Below, piece after piece: positions 48,701-61,590 of a stretch of DNA of 64,000 nucleotides. A program made the translations under genes and the position numbers. The notes beneath the pieces were generated by a model. That model made no database searches, was not told the DNA's origin, and worked only from the letters and a program-made list of their open reading frames with translations. Each line of letters opens with the position of its first letter. Position 1 is the stretch's first letter. Source of the DNA: Macrostomum lignano (Eukaryota); contig NIVC01002410.1 in assembly GCA_002269645.1 (NCBI GenBank), positions 1 to 64,000 on the forward strand. Reading direction: 5' to 3'.

Positions 48701-51700
48701 CCAGAACTCCGTGGCCCAGAGCAGGGAGCACTAGAGGACATGGAAGTGACAAACCCCCAACCACAAACTGGTGCCCATCCGGACCAGACCAGGACAGTTC
48801 GTTTGCCTAAAAATAGCTTGGCAAGATTGGTGGAGAGACCTTACACTTTCTGCAATCGGAATTACAGAACCAATTTTTGGGGCTGAATAAATAGTTTTTT
48901 AACACTGGCACTGGCACGAGTTTCATTAGAAAATTTGCAGAATTTCAATATTTATGCAGCAGTAAAAAATCTCGAAAAAATTCCGCTAGAAATTTTTGAT
49001 CGTTGTCTGCTATTAAAATGCTATTGTGTATTATCAGAGTTCTTTATTAAATAAAAGATGGTAAGACTGTAAAGCATTCTTAAAATTATTTCTTTGTGCA
49101 AGATTGAGCAATCTGCACCTGCTATTTTAATTTCAAAGTCTCGTTTTTTCAATTTTGGTATAAAATTATTTGGCTGATTTTGCTGATTTTGCTGCCTCCG
49201 CATTTAATTGGTGATTTCTCAGCGACTCAGCTGCTTTCTCTGCGCTCTTTCTTAAGCTTATCCCTCTGTTTCCATCCACTTCCATATAGGCCATTTAAAT
49301 ACTAGGTACGTGCATGCGTCAAATACATATAGAGGTGAAAAATTTATGTATTTTTGTCTGTATTTTCTAGTATGTGCGTATTTTTAAGAACTTATTACTA
49401 AGAATTTATTACTATTAACGGTAGGATAACGGGTCCGTAGCCCAGTGGTCTAGCGCAGGCTCTGATGTCCCAGCGGCCCAGGCTCGATTCCAAGTGCAGT
49501 CGCATTAATTTGTGGCTAAATTGGAATCTCGGCTTGACTCTGCTCGTGCAATTAACGCCCTTGAGGGCCAACCCCCAAGGCACAGTGAAGTGTACATGCC
49601 TAACGATAAATAAAGTTAGGGCCGCTGTGTGTGTGTGCCTGTGCGTGTCACTGCGTACGTATCCGCGCGCTTGTGTGCCTGCTCAGGGGAGTCGGCGGAA
49701 TGGGCAGCAATGCCTCTCGCCGGTTGTGTGCCTATGTCGCTTAAAGTGCAAACACCTATTTGGGATGCCTTAAGGCCTAATAAAGACAACAGACAAGAGA
49801 GGACACAGAAAACTCATTTCGTTTTTTCTTCTTCAAATTTGTCAGCCCGCCAGTGTCCTTTGTGAATTGCTGCCGCAAGGATCCAGCGCTTTTAAGCTGG
49901 GTTCTACTCTAGTGTGCGTGTCTGGCTTTGCTCCACTCGTATATCAAATAAGACTCTCATTTGTCAAGGTGTGATGCGTGTTAAATTATTGAACAAAAGA
50001 GGGCAAATTTTCAAATCAAGAAAAAATTGCTTTTGTGTCTTTCTGCCTATCTGTCTGTAAGCTATCGTGGCTTTTCAATATTGAAATAGTTTATTGCATT
50101 ACATTCTGGGCAGCAATCCATAAGCAGATTAGTGAAGTCTCGTTTCCAATCCAGAATTAATTCCTAATCTGTTTGTTGTCCAGGAATCTGTTCAGGCGCA
50201 GATTTTAATTTAAAAAATGTCTGGTCGCCTCTGATAACCTTTCCCTGATTTTGTTTTCGTTAATAAAGGGCCTCGTGTAATTTCTGTGATCCTGCGAGTA
50301 TTGAACACCGCCCTTTTGTCTCTCTTATTAATTTCCAGGTGCCTTCGCATCAATCCAAAAGGCTTAGACGAGGAGAGCAAGGACTACCTGTCGCTGTACC
50401 TTCTGCTAGTCAGTTGCGGCAGTAAAAATGAAGTACGCGCCAAATTTAAATTCTCTTTATTAAATGCCAAACGCGAGGAGACTAAAGCCATGGGTGAGTT
50501 TGGCCCACTTACTGCCCCATACTCCTAAGCCAGCTCATAATTTGTTTGAGAAAGAAACTCTTTAATCTGTTTACAACAGAGAGCCAGCGAGCCTACCGAT
50601 TCATCCAGGGCAAAGATTGGGGCTTCAAGAAGTTTATCCGGCGCGACTTCCTTATGGACGAAACTAATGGCCTGTTGCCGGACGATCGGCTGACCATTCA
50701 CTGCGAGGTGAGCTGGGGATTGGAGCGGGAGATTGGGAAGTGGAGCGGGAGATTGGGAAGTGGAGCGGGAGATTGGGAAGTGGAGCGGGAGATTGGGAAG
50801 TGGAGCGGGAGATTGGAAAGTAAGTAGAGTGGGAGATTGGGAAGTGGAGCGGGAGATTAGGAAATGGAGTGGGAGATTGGGAAGTAGAGCGGGAGATTGG
50901 GAAGTAGAAGGGGAGATTGGGAAGTGGAGCGGGAGATTGGGAAGTGGAGCGGGAGATTGGGAAGTAGAGCGGGAGATTAGGGAAGTAGAGTGGGAGATTG
51001 GGAAGTGGAGCGAGAGATTGGGAAGTAAAGCGAGAGATTGGGAAGTGCAGTTGGAGATTTGGATTGGAAGTAAAGCGGGGATTAGGAAGTAAAGTTAATG
51101 GATTGTAAAGTAGAGTCGAGGATTAGGAAGATCTGGAGAGCGGGATAGTAGTGATAGAGTAGGATAGTAGAGTGATAGAGTAGGATAGTAGAGTGATAGA
51201 GTAGGATAGTAGAGTGATAGAGTAGGATAGTAGTGGTAGAGTGGGATGTTTCAGAGGGGAGAGCAAAGTCGCATAGAAGATTGGACGGAAAGTGTCGCTA
51301 GTTGGCGGTCAGAAGATTGGACGGAAAGTGTCGCTAGTGGGCGGTCCGAAGATTGGACGGAAAGTGTCGCTAGTGGGCGGTCAGAAGATTGGACGGAAAG
51401 TGTCGCTAGTGGGCGGTCAGAAGATTGGACGGAAAGTGTCGCTAGTTGGCGGTCAGAAGATTGGACGGAAAGTGTCGCTAGTTGGCGGTCAGAAGATTGG
51501 ACGGAAAGTGTCGCTAGTTGGCGGTCAGAAAACGAGCTTAGCCGCGGGAGAAAACGAATAGAAAATCAATTTCTGTGCTCGTTGAACGCACAAACGCGGG
51601 ATAAAATTGTAAAAAAGAAAATTTAGTGCGCAGCGCAGCTGCTATTGTAAGTGCGACATTCATTTATGCAACCTGCGCAGTAAATAGTTGTCTGTTATAT

Positions 51701-54700
51701 AATAATTATACATATATAATCTCCTTTCTGCGCATTCCCAGCCTGCACCGCATTAGCATTCCTTTATACGAGACCCCCATAAACCCAACGGTGCAACTCC
51801 TCTATTCAGCTAATTCAGCTCAAGTGCACAGTAATAATATATTCATAATATGCATAAACATGCTTATAACTACTCGTAAATAGGTCAATAATAATAAATT
51901 GCGCCGGTGCACTGGCCTGGCTGTAACGAAGTTTATTGCGCTTGCCGCATCTGCTTTGTTCAGTGTTTTTTTTAAATTAGCGCGATTATTCAAATCGCCG
52001 TGAAGTATTGTTAAAGACGTAAAAAGTATAGAAAGACCCCGATGTCTAGTTTGTGCAGGGTCTAGATTGTAAAGATTCTAGATTGTGAGTATTCTAGATT
52101 GTGAAGATTTTAGATTGTGAAGATTCTAGATTGTGAAGATTCTAGATTGTAAAGATTCTAGATTGTGAGTATTCTAGATTGTGAAGATTCTAGATTGTAA
52201 AGATTCTAGATTGTGAAGATTCTAGTTTGTGAAGATTCTAGATTGTGAAGATTCTAGATGGTGAAGATTCTAGATTGTGAAGATTCTAGTTTGTGAAGAT
52301 TATAGATTGTAAAGATTCTAGATTGTGAAGATTCTAGATTGTGAAGATTCTAGTTTGTGAAGATTCTAGATTGTAAAGATTCTAGATTATGAAGATTCTA
52401 GATTGTGAAGATTCTAGTTTGTGAAGATTCTAGATTGTGAGGATTCTAGATTGTGAAGATTCTAGATTGTGAAGATTCTAGATTGTGAAGATTCTAGTTT
52501 GTGAAGATTCTAGATTGTGAAGATTCTAGATGGTGAAGATTCTAGATTGTGAAGATTCTAGTTTGTGAAGATTATAGATTGTAAAGATTCTAGATTGTGA
52601 GGATTCTAGATTGTGAAGATTCTAGATTGTGAAGATTCTAGATTGTGAAGATTCTAGTTTGTGAAGATTCTAGTTTGTGAAGATTCTAGATTGTGAAGAT
52701 TCTAGATTGTGAAGATTCTAGATTGTGAAGATAAGATTGTGAAGATTCTAGTTTGTGAAGATTCTAGATTGTGAAGATTCTAGATTGTGAAGATTCTAGT
52801 TTGTGAAGATTCTAGATTGTGAAGATTCTAGATTGTGAAGATTCTAGTTTGTGAAGATTCTAGATTGTGAAGATTCTAGATTGTGAAGATTCTAGTTTGT
52901 GAAGATTCTAGATTGTGAAGATTCTAGTTTGTGAAGATTCTAGATTGTGAAGATTCTAGTTTGTGAAGATTCTAGATTGTGAAGATTCTAGATTGTGAAG
53001 ATTCTAGTTTGTGAAGATTCTAGTTTGTGAAGATTCTAGATTGTGAAGATTCTAGTTTGTGAAGATTCTAGATTGAAAAAATTCTAGATTGTAAAGATTC
53101 TAGATTGTGAAGATTCTAGATTGTGAAGATTCTAGTTTGTGAAGATTTTAGATGGTGAAGATTCTAGTTTGTGAAGATTCTAGATTGTGAAGATTCTAGT
53201 TTGTGGAGATTCTAGTTTGTGAAGATTATAGATTGTGAAGATTCTAGATTGTGAAGATTCTAGTTTGTTAAGATTATAGTTTGTGAAGATTCTAGTTTGT
53301 GGAGATTCTAGTTTGTAAAGATTATAGATTGTGAAGATTCTAGATGGTGAAGATTCTAGTTTGTGAAGATTCTAGATGGTGAAGATTCTAGTTTGTGAAG
53401 ATTCTAGATTGTGAAGATTCTAGATGGTGAAGATTCTAGTTTGTGAAGATTATAGATTGTGAAGATTCTAGTTTGTGAAGATTATAGATTGTGAAGATTC
53501 TAGATGTGAAGATTCTAGTTTGTGAAGATTCTAGATTGTGAAGATTCTAGATTGTGAAGATTCTAGATGGTGAAGATTCTAGATTGTGAAGATTCTAGTT
53601 TGTGAAGATTATAGATTGTGAAGATTCTAGATGGTGAAGATTCTAGTTTGTTAAGATTATAGTTTGTGAAGATTCTAGTTTGTGGAGATTCTAGTTTGTA
53701 AAGATTATAGATTGTGAAGATTCTAGATGGTGAAGATTCTAGTTTGTGAAGATTCTAGATGTGAAGATTCTAGATTGTGAAGATTCTAGTTTGTGAAGAT
53801 TATAGATTGTGAAGATTCTAGATTGTGAAGATTCTAGATTGTGAAGATTCTAGATTGTGAAGATTCTAGTTTGTGAAGATTCTAGATTGTGAAGATTCTA
53901 GTTTGTGAAGATTATAGATTGGGAAGATTCTAGTTTGTGAAGATTATAGATTGTGAAGATTCTAGATTGTGAAGATTCTAGATTATGAAGATTCTAGATT
54001 GTGAAGATTCTAGATTGTGAAGATTCTAGTTTGTGAAGATTCTAGATTGTGAAGATTCTAGTTTGTGAATATTCTAGTTTGTGAATATTCTAGATTGTGA
54101 AGATTCTAGATTGAGAAGATTCTAAATAGTAAAGATTCTAAATCGTGAAGATTCTAGATTGTGAAGATTCTAGTTTGTGAAGATTCTAGATTGTGAAGAT
54201 TCTAGTTTGTGAAGATTCTAGATTGTGAAGATTCTAAATCGTGAAGATTCTAAATCGTGAAGATTCTAGATTGTGAAGATTCTAAATCGTGAAGGTTCTA
54301 AATCGTGAAGATTCTTGATTGTGAAGATTCTAAATCGTGAAGATTCTAGATTGTGAAGATTCTAAATCGTGAAGATTCTAAATCGTGAAGATTCTAGATT
54401 GTGAAGATTCTAAATCGTGAAGATTCTAAATCGTGAAGATTCTAGATTGTGAAGATTCTAAATCGTGAAGATTCTAGATTGTGAAGATTCTAAATCGTGA
54501 AGATTCTAAATCGTGAAGATTCTAGATTGTGAAGATTCTAAATCGTGAAGATTCTAAATCGTGAAGATTCTAGATTGTGAAGATTCTAAATCGTGAAGAT
54601 TCTAGATTGTGAACATTCAGGATTGTGAACATTCTGTAGTTTGTGAAGTGGGAATTAAAATTGCTAGGATTTACTAAAAGCACTCTGTTGTACTTTACCG

Positions 54701-57700
54701 TACTCGACTATATGCTCATTACTAATTCATTGAATTTGTTCTGCTAGCGCCTTAGATTAAATTCAATACAGTATTGGGAACTGAGTCTCTGTAGCTGAAA
54801 TTTTAGCTATACTGTATAGGTATGTGATTTTAACTGGCTTGTAAGTCTTTTTGTTTTTCATTTCTGTTGCGTCGTGCAGGTGTCGGTGGTAGGCGAGACG
54901 CAGAACGTCTCCGGCCAGTCGAACGCCCAGCCAGTCCGCGTGCCAGACTGCCGCCTAGCCGAGGAGCTGTCCCAGCTGCTTGAGCGCGGCCTTCACGCCG
55001 ATGTTGCCCTGTGCGTTGGCGCCAACGGCGCCGAATTGCGCGCCCACAAATCGGTGCTGTCGGCTCGGTCGCCAGTGTTTCAGGTAAGCTTGAGTATTCT
55101 ATAGCGTCTGATGTTTGTGCTTTTAAGTTGCTCTTCTGGTCTCTCTTCTCTATTTATCCAGCATACTAAAATGAAATGTTTCTATCCATCTAGGCAGGTA
55201 TGCGACTCATTTTTTAGAACAAATGGGCTCAACTGATTTTCAAAAAAACTATTGCACCGTTCCATCAGGAATTTTCTGGTTTCGGTATTCTCTGTTTCCT
55301 CTATATCTCCCCTGTGTCCTCTATATCTCCCCTGTGTCCTCTATATCTCCCCTGTGTCCTCTATATCTCCCCTGTGTCCTCTATATCTCCCCTGTGTCCT
55401 CTATATCTCCCCTGTGTCCTCTATATCTCCCCTGTGTCCTCTATATCTCCCCTGTGTCCTCTATATCTCCCCTGTGTCCTCTATATCTCCCCTGTGTCCT
55501 CTATATCTCCCCTGTGTCCTCTATATCTCCCCTGTGTCCTCTATATCTCCCTTGTGTCCTCTATATCTCCCCTGTGTCCTCTATATCTCCCTTGTGTCTT
55601 CTATATCTCCCCTGTGTCCTCTATATCTCCCCTGTGTCCTCTATATCTCCCCTGTGTCCTCTATATCTCCCTTGTGTCCTCTATATCTCCCCTGTGTCCT
55701 CTATATCTCCCCTGTGTCCTCTATATCTCCCCTGTGTCCTCTATATCTCCCCTGTTTCCTCTATATCTCCCCTGTGTCCTCTATATCTCCCCTGTGTCCT
55801 CTATATCTTCCTTGTGTCCTCTATATCTCCCCTGTGTCCTCTATATCTCCCCTGTGTCCTCTATATCTCCCCTGTGTCCTCTATATCTCCCCTGTGTCCT
55901 CTATATCTCCCATGTGTCCTCTGGTATCTCCCCTGTGTCCTCTATATCTCCCTGTGTCCTCTATATCTCCCTTGTGTCCTCTATATCTCCCCTGTGTCCT
56001 CTATATCTCCCTTGTGTCCTCTATATCTCCCCTGTGTCCTCTATATCTCCCCTGTGTCCTCTATATCTTCCTTGTGTCCTCTATATCTCCCCTGTGTCCT
56101 CTATATCTCCCCTGTGTCCTCTATATCTCCTCTGTGTCCTCTATATCTCCCTTGTGTCCTCTATATCTCCCCTGTGTCCTCTATATCTCCCCTGTGTCCT
56201 CTATATCTCCCCTGTGTCCTCTATATCTCCCTTGTGTCCTCTATATCTCCCCTGTGTCCTCTATATCTTCTCTGTGTCCTCTATATCTCCCCTGTGTCCT
56301 CTATATCTCCCTTGTGTCCTCTATATCTCCCCTGTGACCTCTATATCTCCTCTGTGTCCTCTATATCTCCCATGTCTCCTCTATATCTCCCCTGTGTCCT
56401 CTATATCTCCCCTGTGTCCTTTATATCTCCCCTGTGTCCTCTATATCTCCCTTGTGTCCTCTATATCTCCCCTGTGTCCTCTATATCTCCCCTGTGTCCT
56501 CTATATCTCCCCTGTGTCCTCTATATCTCCCCTGTGTCCTCTATATCTCCCTTGTGTCCTCTATATCTCCCCTGTGTCCTCTATATCTCCCTTGTGTCCT
56601 CTATATCTCCCTTGTGTCCTCTATATCTCCCCTGTGTCCTCTATATCTCCCCTGTGTCCTCTATATCTCCCCTGTGTCCTCTATATCTCCCCTGTGTCCT
56701 CTATATCTCCCTTGTGTCCTCTATATCTCCCCTGTGTCCTCTATATCTCCCTTGTGTCCTCTATATCTCCCCTGTGTCCTCTATATCTCCCCTGTGTCCT
56801 CTATATCTCCCCTGTGTCCTCTATATCTCCCCTGTGACCTCTATATCTCCCCTGTGTCCCCTATTATCTCCCCTGTGTCCCCTATTATCTCCCCTGTGTC
56901 TCCTATTATCTCCCCTGTGTCCCCTATTATCTTCCCTGTGTCCCCTATTATCTTCCCTGTGTCGTCTTTCATCTCCTGTGTCCCCTATTATCTCCCATGT
57001 CCTCTATATCTCCCCTGTGTTCTCTATTATCTCCCCTGTGTCCCCTATTATCTCCCCTGTGTCCTCTATATCTCCCCCTGTGTCCCCTATTATCTCCCTG
57101 GCCCTGTGTCCTCTATATTTCCCATGTCTCCTCTATATCTCGCATGTGTCCTCTATATCTCCCCTGTGTCCTCTATATCTCCCCTGTGTCCCCTATTATC
57201 TCCCCTGTGTCCTCTATATCTCCCCTGTGACCTCTATATCTCCCCTGTGTCCCCTATTATCTCCCCTGTGTCCCCTATTATCTCCCCTGTGTCTCCTATT
57301 ATCTCCCCTGTGTCCCCTATTATCTTCCCTGTGTCCCCTATTATCTTCCCTGTGTCGTCTTTCATCTCCTGTGTCCCCTATTATCTCCCCTGTGTCCTCT
57401 ATATCTCCCCCTGTGTCCCCTATTATCTCCCTGGCCCTGTGTCCTCTATATTTCCCATGTCTCCTCTATATCTCGCATGTGTCCTCTATATCTCCCCTGT
57501 GTCCTCTATATCTCCCCTGTGTCCCCTATTATCTCCCCTGTGTCTCCTATTATCTCCCCCTGTGTCCCCTATTATCTTCCCTGTGTCCTCTATTATCTCC
57601 TGTGTCCTCTATATCCCCCTGTGTCTTCTATATCTCTCCTCTCCTATATCTCCCCTTCTATTTCTCCCAGTCCTTTCTCACCTATCTGTCCACTCTTCTA

Positions 57701-59553
57701 TCTGTCATTTTCCTATCAATAGCAATCCGACTATCTTGCGATAGTAGCCGTCATCAATGAGCTTCAGTTATCTAGCGTGATAGTGTATTTAATAAAGGCA
57801 TCATCTCCTACAGGCCATGTTTGAGCACCAAATGGAGGAGAGCCGAGCAAATCGCGTCGAAGTGCCGGACCTGGACGAGGACACGATGCGCGAGGTGCTG
57901 CGCTACCTGTACACTGGCCGGGCGCCCAACCTGTCCAATATGGCCGACAGTTTGCTAGCCGCGGCGGACAAGTACCAGCTGGACAGGCTCAAGGTGAGAA
58001 TGCCAGGGCCTGTTTCAGCAGTTCAATATTAAGCTTTAAATAGGCTTTGTTGAAGCCTATTGTATGCAAAATATTTTTAGCCAAGCTTTCTTTTTCATGC
58101 AAGATTTCACGGTAAAAAATAGCGTACTAGATAATTGCGACCGAGATAAGCCTCAACTTCCCTAACTTTTATTTTTGAATATTGCCTGTCCTAGATTTTT
58201 TGTACTGCTTTCTTATATAGTGTTACTATTCATAGCGATTTGGGCAGGAAAACAAGGTTTAATATTAGAAGTTCAAAATCAGTCTACTAAAATCTGACAT
58301 CTCAAGCTACCAATCTGACATTTCCAGCTACTAATCTGACATCTCAAGCTACTAATCTGACATTTCAAGCTATTGATCTGACATTCCAGCTACTAATCTG
58401 ACATTTCAAGCTATTGATCTGACATTTCCAGCTACTAATCTGACATTTCAAGCTATTGATCTGACATTTCCAGCTACTAATCTGACATCTCAAGCTACTA
58501 AACTGACATTTCCAGCTACTAATCTGACATCTCAAACTACTAATCTGACATCTCAAGCTACTAATCTGACATTTCCGGCTACTAATCTGACATTTCCGGC
58601 TACTAATCTGACATTTCCAGCTACTAATCTGGCATTTCCAGCTACTAAACTGACATTTCCAGCTACTAATCTGACATTTCAAGCTATTGATCTGACATTT
58701 CCAGCTACTAATCTGACATCTCAAGCTACTAAACTGACATTTCCAGCTACTAATCTGACATCTCAAACTACTAATCTGACATCTCAAACTACTAACCTGA
58801 CATTTCCGGCTACTAATCTGACATTTCCAGCTACTAATCTGACATTTCAAGCTACTAATCTGACATTTCCAGCTATTGATCTGACATTTCCAGCTACTAA
58901 TCTGACATTTCCAGCTACTAATCTGACATTTCAAGCTACTAATCTGACATTTCCAGCTACTAATCTGACATTTCCAGCTACTAATTTGACATCTCAAGCT
59001 ATTGATCTGACATTTCCAGCTACTAATCTGACATCTCAAGCTATTGATCTGACATTTCCAGCTACTAATCTGACATCTCAAGCTATTGATCTGACATTTC
59101 CAGCTACTAATCTGACATCTCAAGCTATTGATCTGACATTTCAAACTACTAATCTGACATCTCAAACTACTAATCTGACATCTCAAACTACTAATCTGAC
59201 ACCTCAAACTACTAATCTGAAATTTCCAGCTACTAATCTGACATTTTGGCTTCCAAAATCCATTTCATATTGAATTTCAGGTGATGTGCGAAGAGTCTTT
59301 AGCTGCCAGCCTCACAGTTGAGAACACGTGCGACTGCCTAGTGCTGGCCGACTTGCACTCCGCCGAGCAGCTCAGGCAGCACGCCTGCGACTACCTGCTG
59401 GGCCACGCCAACGAAGTGACGGAGTCAGCCGGCTGGGCCCAGATGGTCCGGCGCCAGCCGCACCTGGTTGCCGAGGCCTTTAAAGCCCTGGCTATGCAAG
59501 CCACGCCGCCGCTTGGTCCGCCTAGGAAGCGGCCGAAACCACAGCAGCCGTGA
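42800..59553 (+). CDS. SPOP: Speckle-type POZ protein (MATH-BTB); 406 aa from ATG 44726, plus an upstream in-frame poly-Q/H exon
   Basis: Exons ~42800/42805..43147, 44711..45006, 50339..50493, 50580..50707, 54880..55083, 57814..57993, 59281..59553. Motifs [61 protein letters not shown] and C-terminal [11 protein letters not shown]. Confidence 0.94.
43200..44625. repeat. 29-bp minisatellite in SPOP intron
   Basis: Unit gatcctcagactgggccgctactctccca; ggg changes to gag toward the 3' end. Confidence 0.96.
45055..46135. repeat. 22-bp minisatellite in SPOP intron
   Basis: Unit ttgatg(g/a)ggtaatgacaatctg. Confidence 0.96.
49431..49760 (+). mobile_element. SINE family B copy with tRNA-like head
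   Basis: A box TAGCCCAGTGG (49438) and B box GGCTCGATTCC (49481), followed by the family B body. Confidence 0.78.
50715..51090. repeat. 20-bp G-rich minisatellite directly after a SPOP donor
   Basis: Unit gggagattgggaagtggagc. Confidence 0.94.
51145..51245. repeat. 21-bp tandem repeat (~4 copies)
   Basis: Unit gatagagtaggatagtagagt. Confidence 0.88.
51275..51530. repeat. 36-bp minisatellite (~7 copies)
   Basis: Unit agaagattggacggaaagtgtcgctagt(t/g)ggcggtc. Confidence 0.94.
52050..54640. repeat. 16-bp minisatellite, ~2.6 kb
   Basis: Unit tctagattgtgaagat; 3' variant tctaaatcgtgaagat. Confidence 0.97.
55295..57660. repeat. 20-bp pyrimidine-rich minisatellite with derived 21-bp units and higher-order duplication
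   Basis: Unit ctatatctcccctgtgtcct; after ~56850 the unit is ctattatctcccctgtgtccc, and block ~56834-56996 recurs at ~57227-57389. Confidence 0.97.
58290..59245. repeat. 21-bp minisatellite in last SPOP intron
   Basis: Unit ctactaatctgacatttccag. Confidence 0.96.
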
Positions 59554-59819
59554 ATGGCTAACAATTGAAATCGCAGTTTTATCACACGATAATATATACA
59601 CGAGACTCATATAATTTTTATCGCTACTCCACGTCTCTTCCATACTTTAAAAGTGCGATTCACACGCTATGCATATCGTTGAGGTTTTGGATGGTAGACA
59701 CGAGTACACACTGAAGGGTCGGAGAGGCAGATCTGAGATCCAGGTTTGCTAAATGCTGGATTAACTATTCGATATTTCCCTTACTGATCCTCTACTCTGT
59801 TTCTAAACTGCAATCCTAG

Positions 59820-60125
59820 GGGGTTGTAGCCTATAGTGGTTAGAGAGCAACGGACTCACGACTTGAAGGTCGGGGGTTCGATTCCCGATCCCAGTGGAAC
59901 AATTTGTGTCCTTGAGCAAGACACTTAACCCTGCATTTCTTCAGTTCACCCAGCTGTAAAATGGGTGCCAGCATTAGCTGGGGTAATTCAGGGTGTGTGT
60001 GGCGACCCCCCAGTCCTTGGACTGAACAGCCGTACGCAGCCTTCAGATGCGCTGCGCAATAGCTGCGGCTGAGCTGTCGGTTGCACATCTGGCCCAATTG
60101 GGAGCAGGCGTAATCAGTTATTATA
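59820..60125 (+). mobile_element. tRNA-derived SINE family A, near full length
   Basis: A and B boxes (GGTTCGATTCC), central tgtgtccttgagcaagacacttaaccc...cacccagctgtaaaatgggt resembling conserved metazoan SINE core domains (from recall), and a TTA-rich tail. Confidence 0.87.
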
Positions 60126-60929
60126 TTATTGTTTTAAACTTCACATTTAATTTCATTTTTCTGCTTTAATACAATTTTTCTGCGCCTGTTTTTTACCGTC
60201 TGTGAAGTGTCAATATGGAGCAAATAGGGGACATTTTTGTTCTTTTGCAGGCACTTCTAGGCCTCAATCAGCTAGAGGCCTAAGTATCCGTTTGTGCGTA
60301 TCGTTACTTTGTCATTTATGTTTAATCCTGAATATGATTTCTAGCTTTCTAGACCTGTTTCATATTGTAATCGAAACAATTGTTGTCCTTTTTTGTAGAG
60401 AGCTCTTTCGTATTCGGATTATTATAGCAAGAATCTGTACTGCACTATTTGTTATTGCATATATTGTTTATTGTGCGAACTCAATTTAATTAAATTTGTC
60501 TTCTATCCGATGTTTTTATGTCCTAAATTCCAGAATTTTGCTTTTCGGCACTTTTTTAAAAGTAATTGAAAATTTTCGGTTCATTTAAAATTGTAACTGT
60601 GAGGCAAAGGCAGTGAGTGCTCTAGTTGCACTTTTTATATTGCAAACTAGATCCTTTGTGTTGCTAGCATACGAGCTGTATTTCATTGTTTATTCACAAA
60701 CGACAGAGAATAAGTGCAAGCATGGCATTTTCCATTGTTTTTTTAGCGACTGTGAATGTTTTCTGTATTTAAACTAGGCGACCGTTTACACAGCTTTGCT
60801 CGTTTCCAATATCTTTCTCGTATGCTGTTGTCGCTTTGTGTATCGAAATAACGAATTTAGACTCTACATTCTCACTGAGGCTTGTCCAAACCCAATCCAG
60901 AGCCAATGCACACTCCTACAGCCCTTTAT

Positions 60930-61590
60930 TGGAGCCGATGTACACTCTTCTAGTCTAGCCTACCCCCTCAGCCCCTTATCGGAGCCAATGTACACTCTTC
61001 TAGTCTAGCCTACCCCCTCAGCCCCTTATCGGAGCCAATGTACACTCTTCTAGTCTAGCCTACCCCCTCGCCCCTTATCGGAGCCAATGTACACTCTTCT
61101 AGTCTAGCCTACCCCCTCAGCCCCTTATCGGAGCCAATGTACACTCTTCTAGCCTAGCCTACCCCCTCAGCCCCTTATCGGAGCCAATGTACACTCTTCT
61201 AGTCTAGCCTACCCCCTCAGCCCCTTATCGGAGCCAATGTACACTCTTCTAGCCTAGCCTACCCCCTCAGCCCCTTATCGGAGCCAATGTACACTCTTCT
61301 AGTCTAGCCTACCCCCTCAGCCCCTTATCGGAGCCAATGTACACTCTTCTAGTCTAGCCTACCCCCTCAGCCCCTTATCGGAGCCAATGTACACTCTTCT
61401 AGTCTAGCCTACCCCCTCAGCCCCTTATCGGAGCCAATGTACACTCTTCTAGTCTAGCCTACCCCTCAGCCCCTTATCGGAGCCAATGTACACTCTTCTA
61501 GTCTAGCCTACCCCCTCGGCCCCTTATCGGAGCCAATGTACACTCTTCTAACCTAGCCTACCCCTCAGCCCCTTTTCAGAGCCAATATAC
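60930..61590. repeat. 50-bp minisatellite
   Basis: Unit ggagccaatgtacactcttctagtctagcctaccccctcagccccttatc, ~13 copies. Confidence 0.96.

Noticed and set aside
24237-59273. Long repetitive ORFs (e.g. 24237-25382, 26199-27722, 44765-46049, 55223-57760, 58365-59207)
   Set aside because: They are translations of intronic minisatellites lying between correctly phased CCP1/SPOP exons, not proteins.
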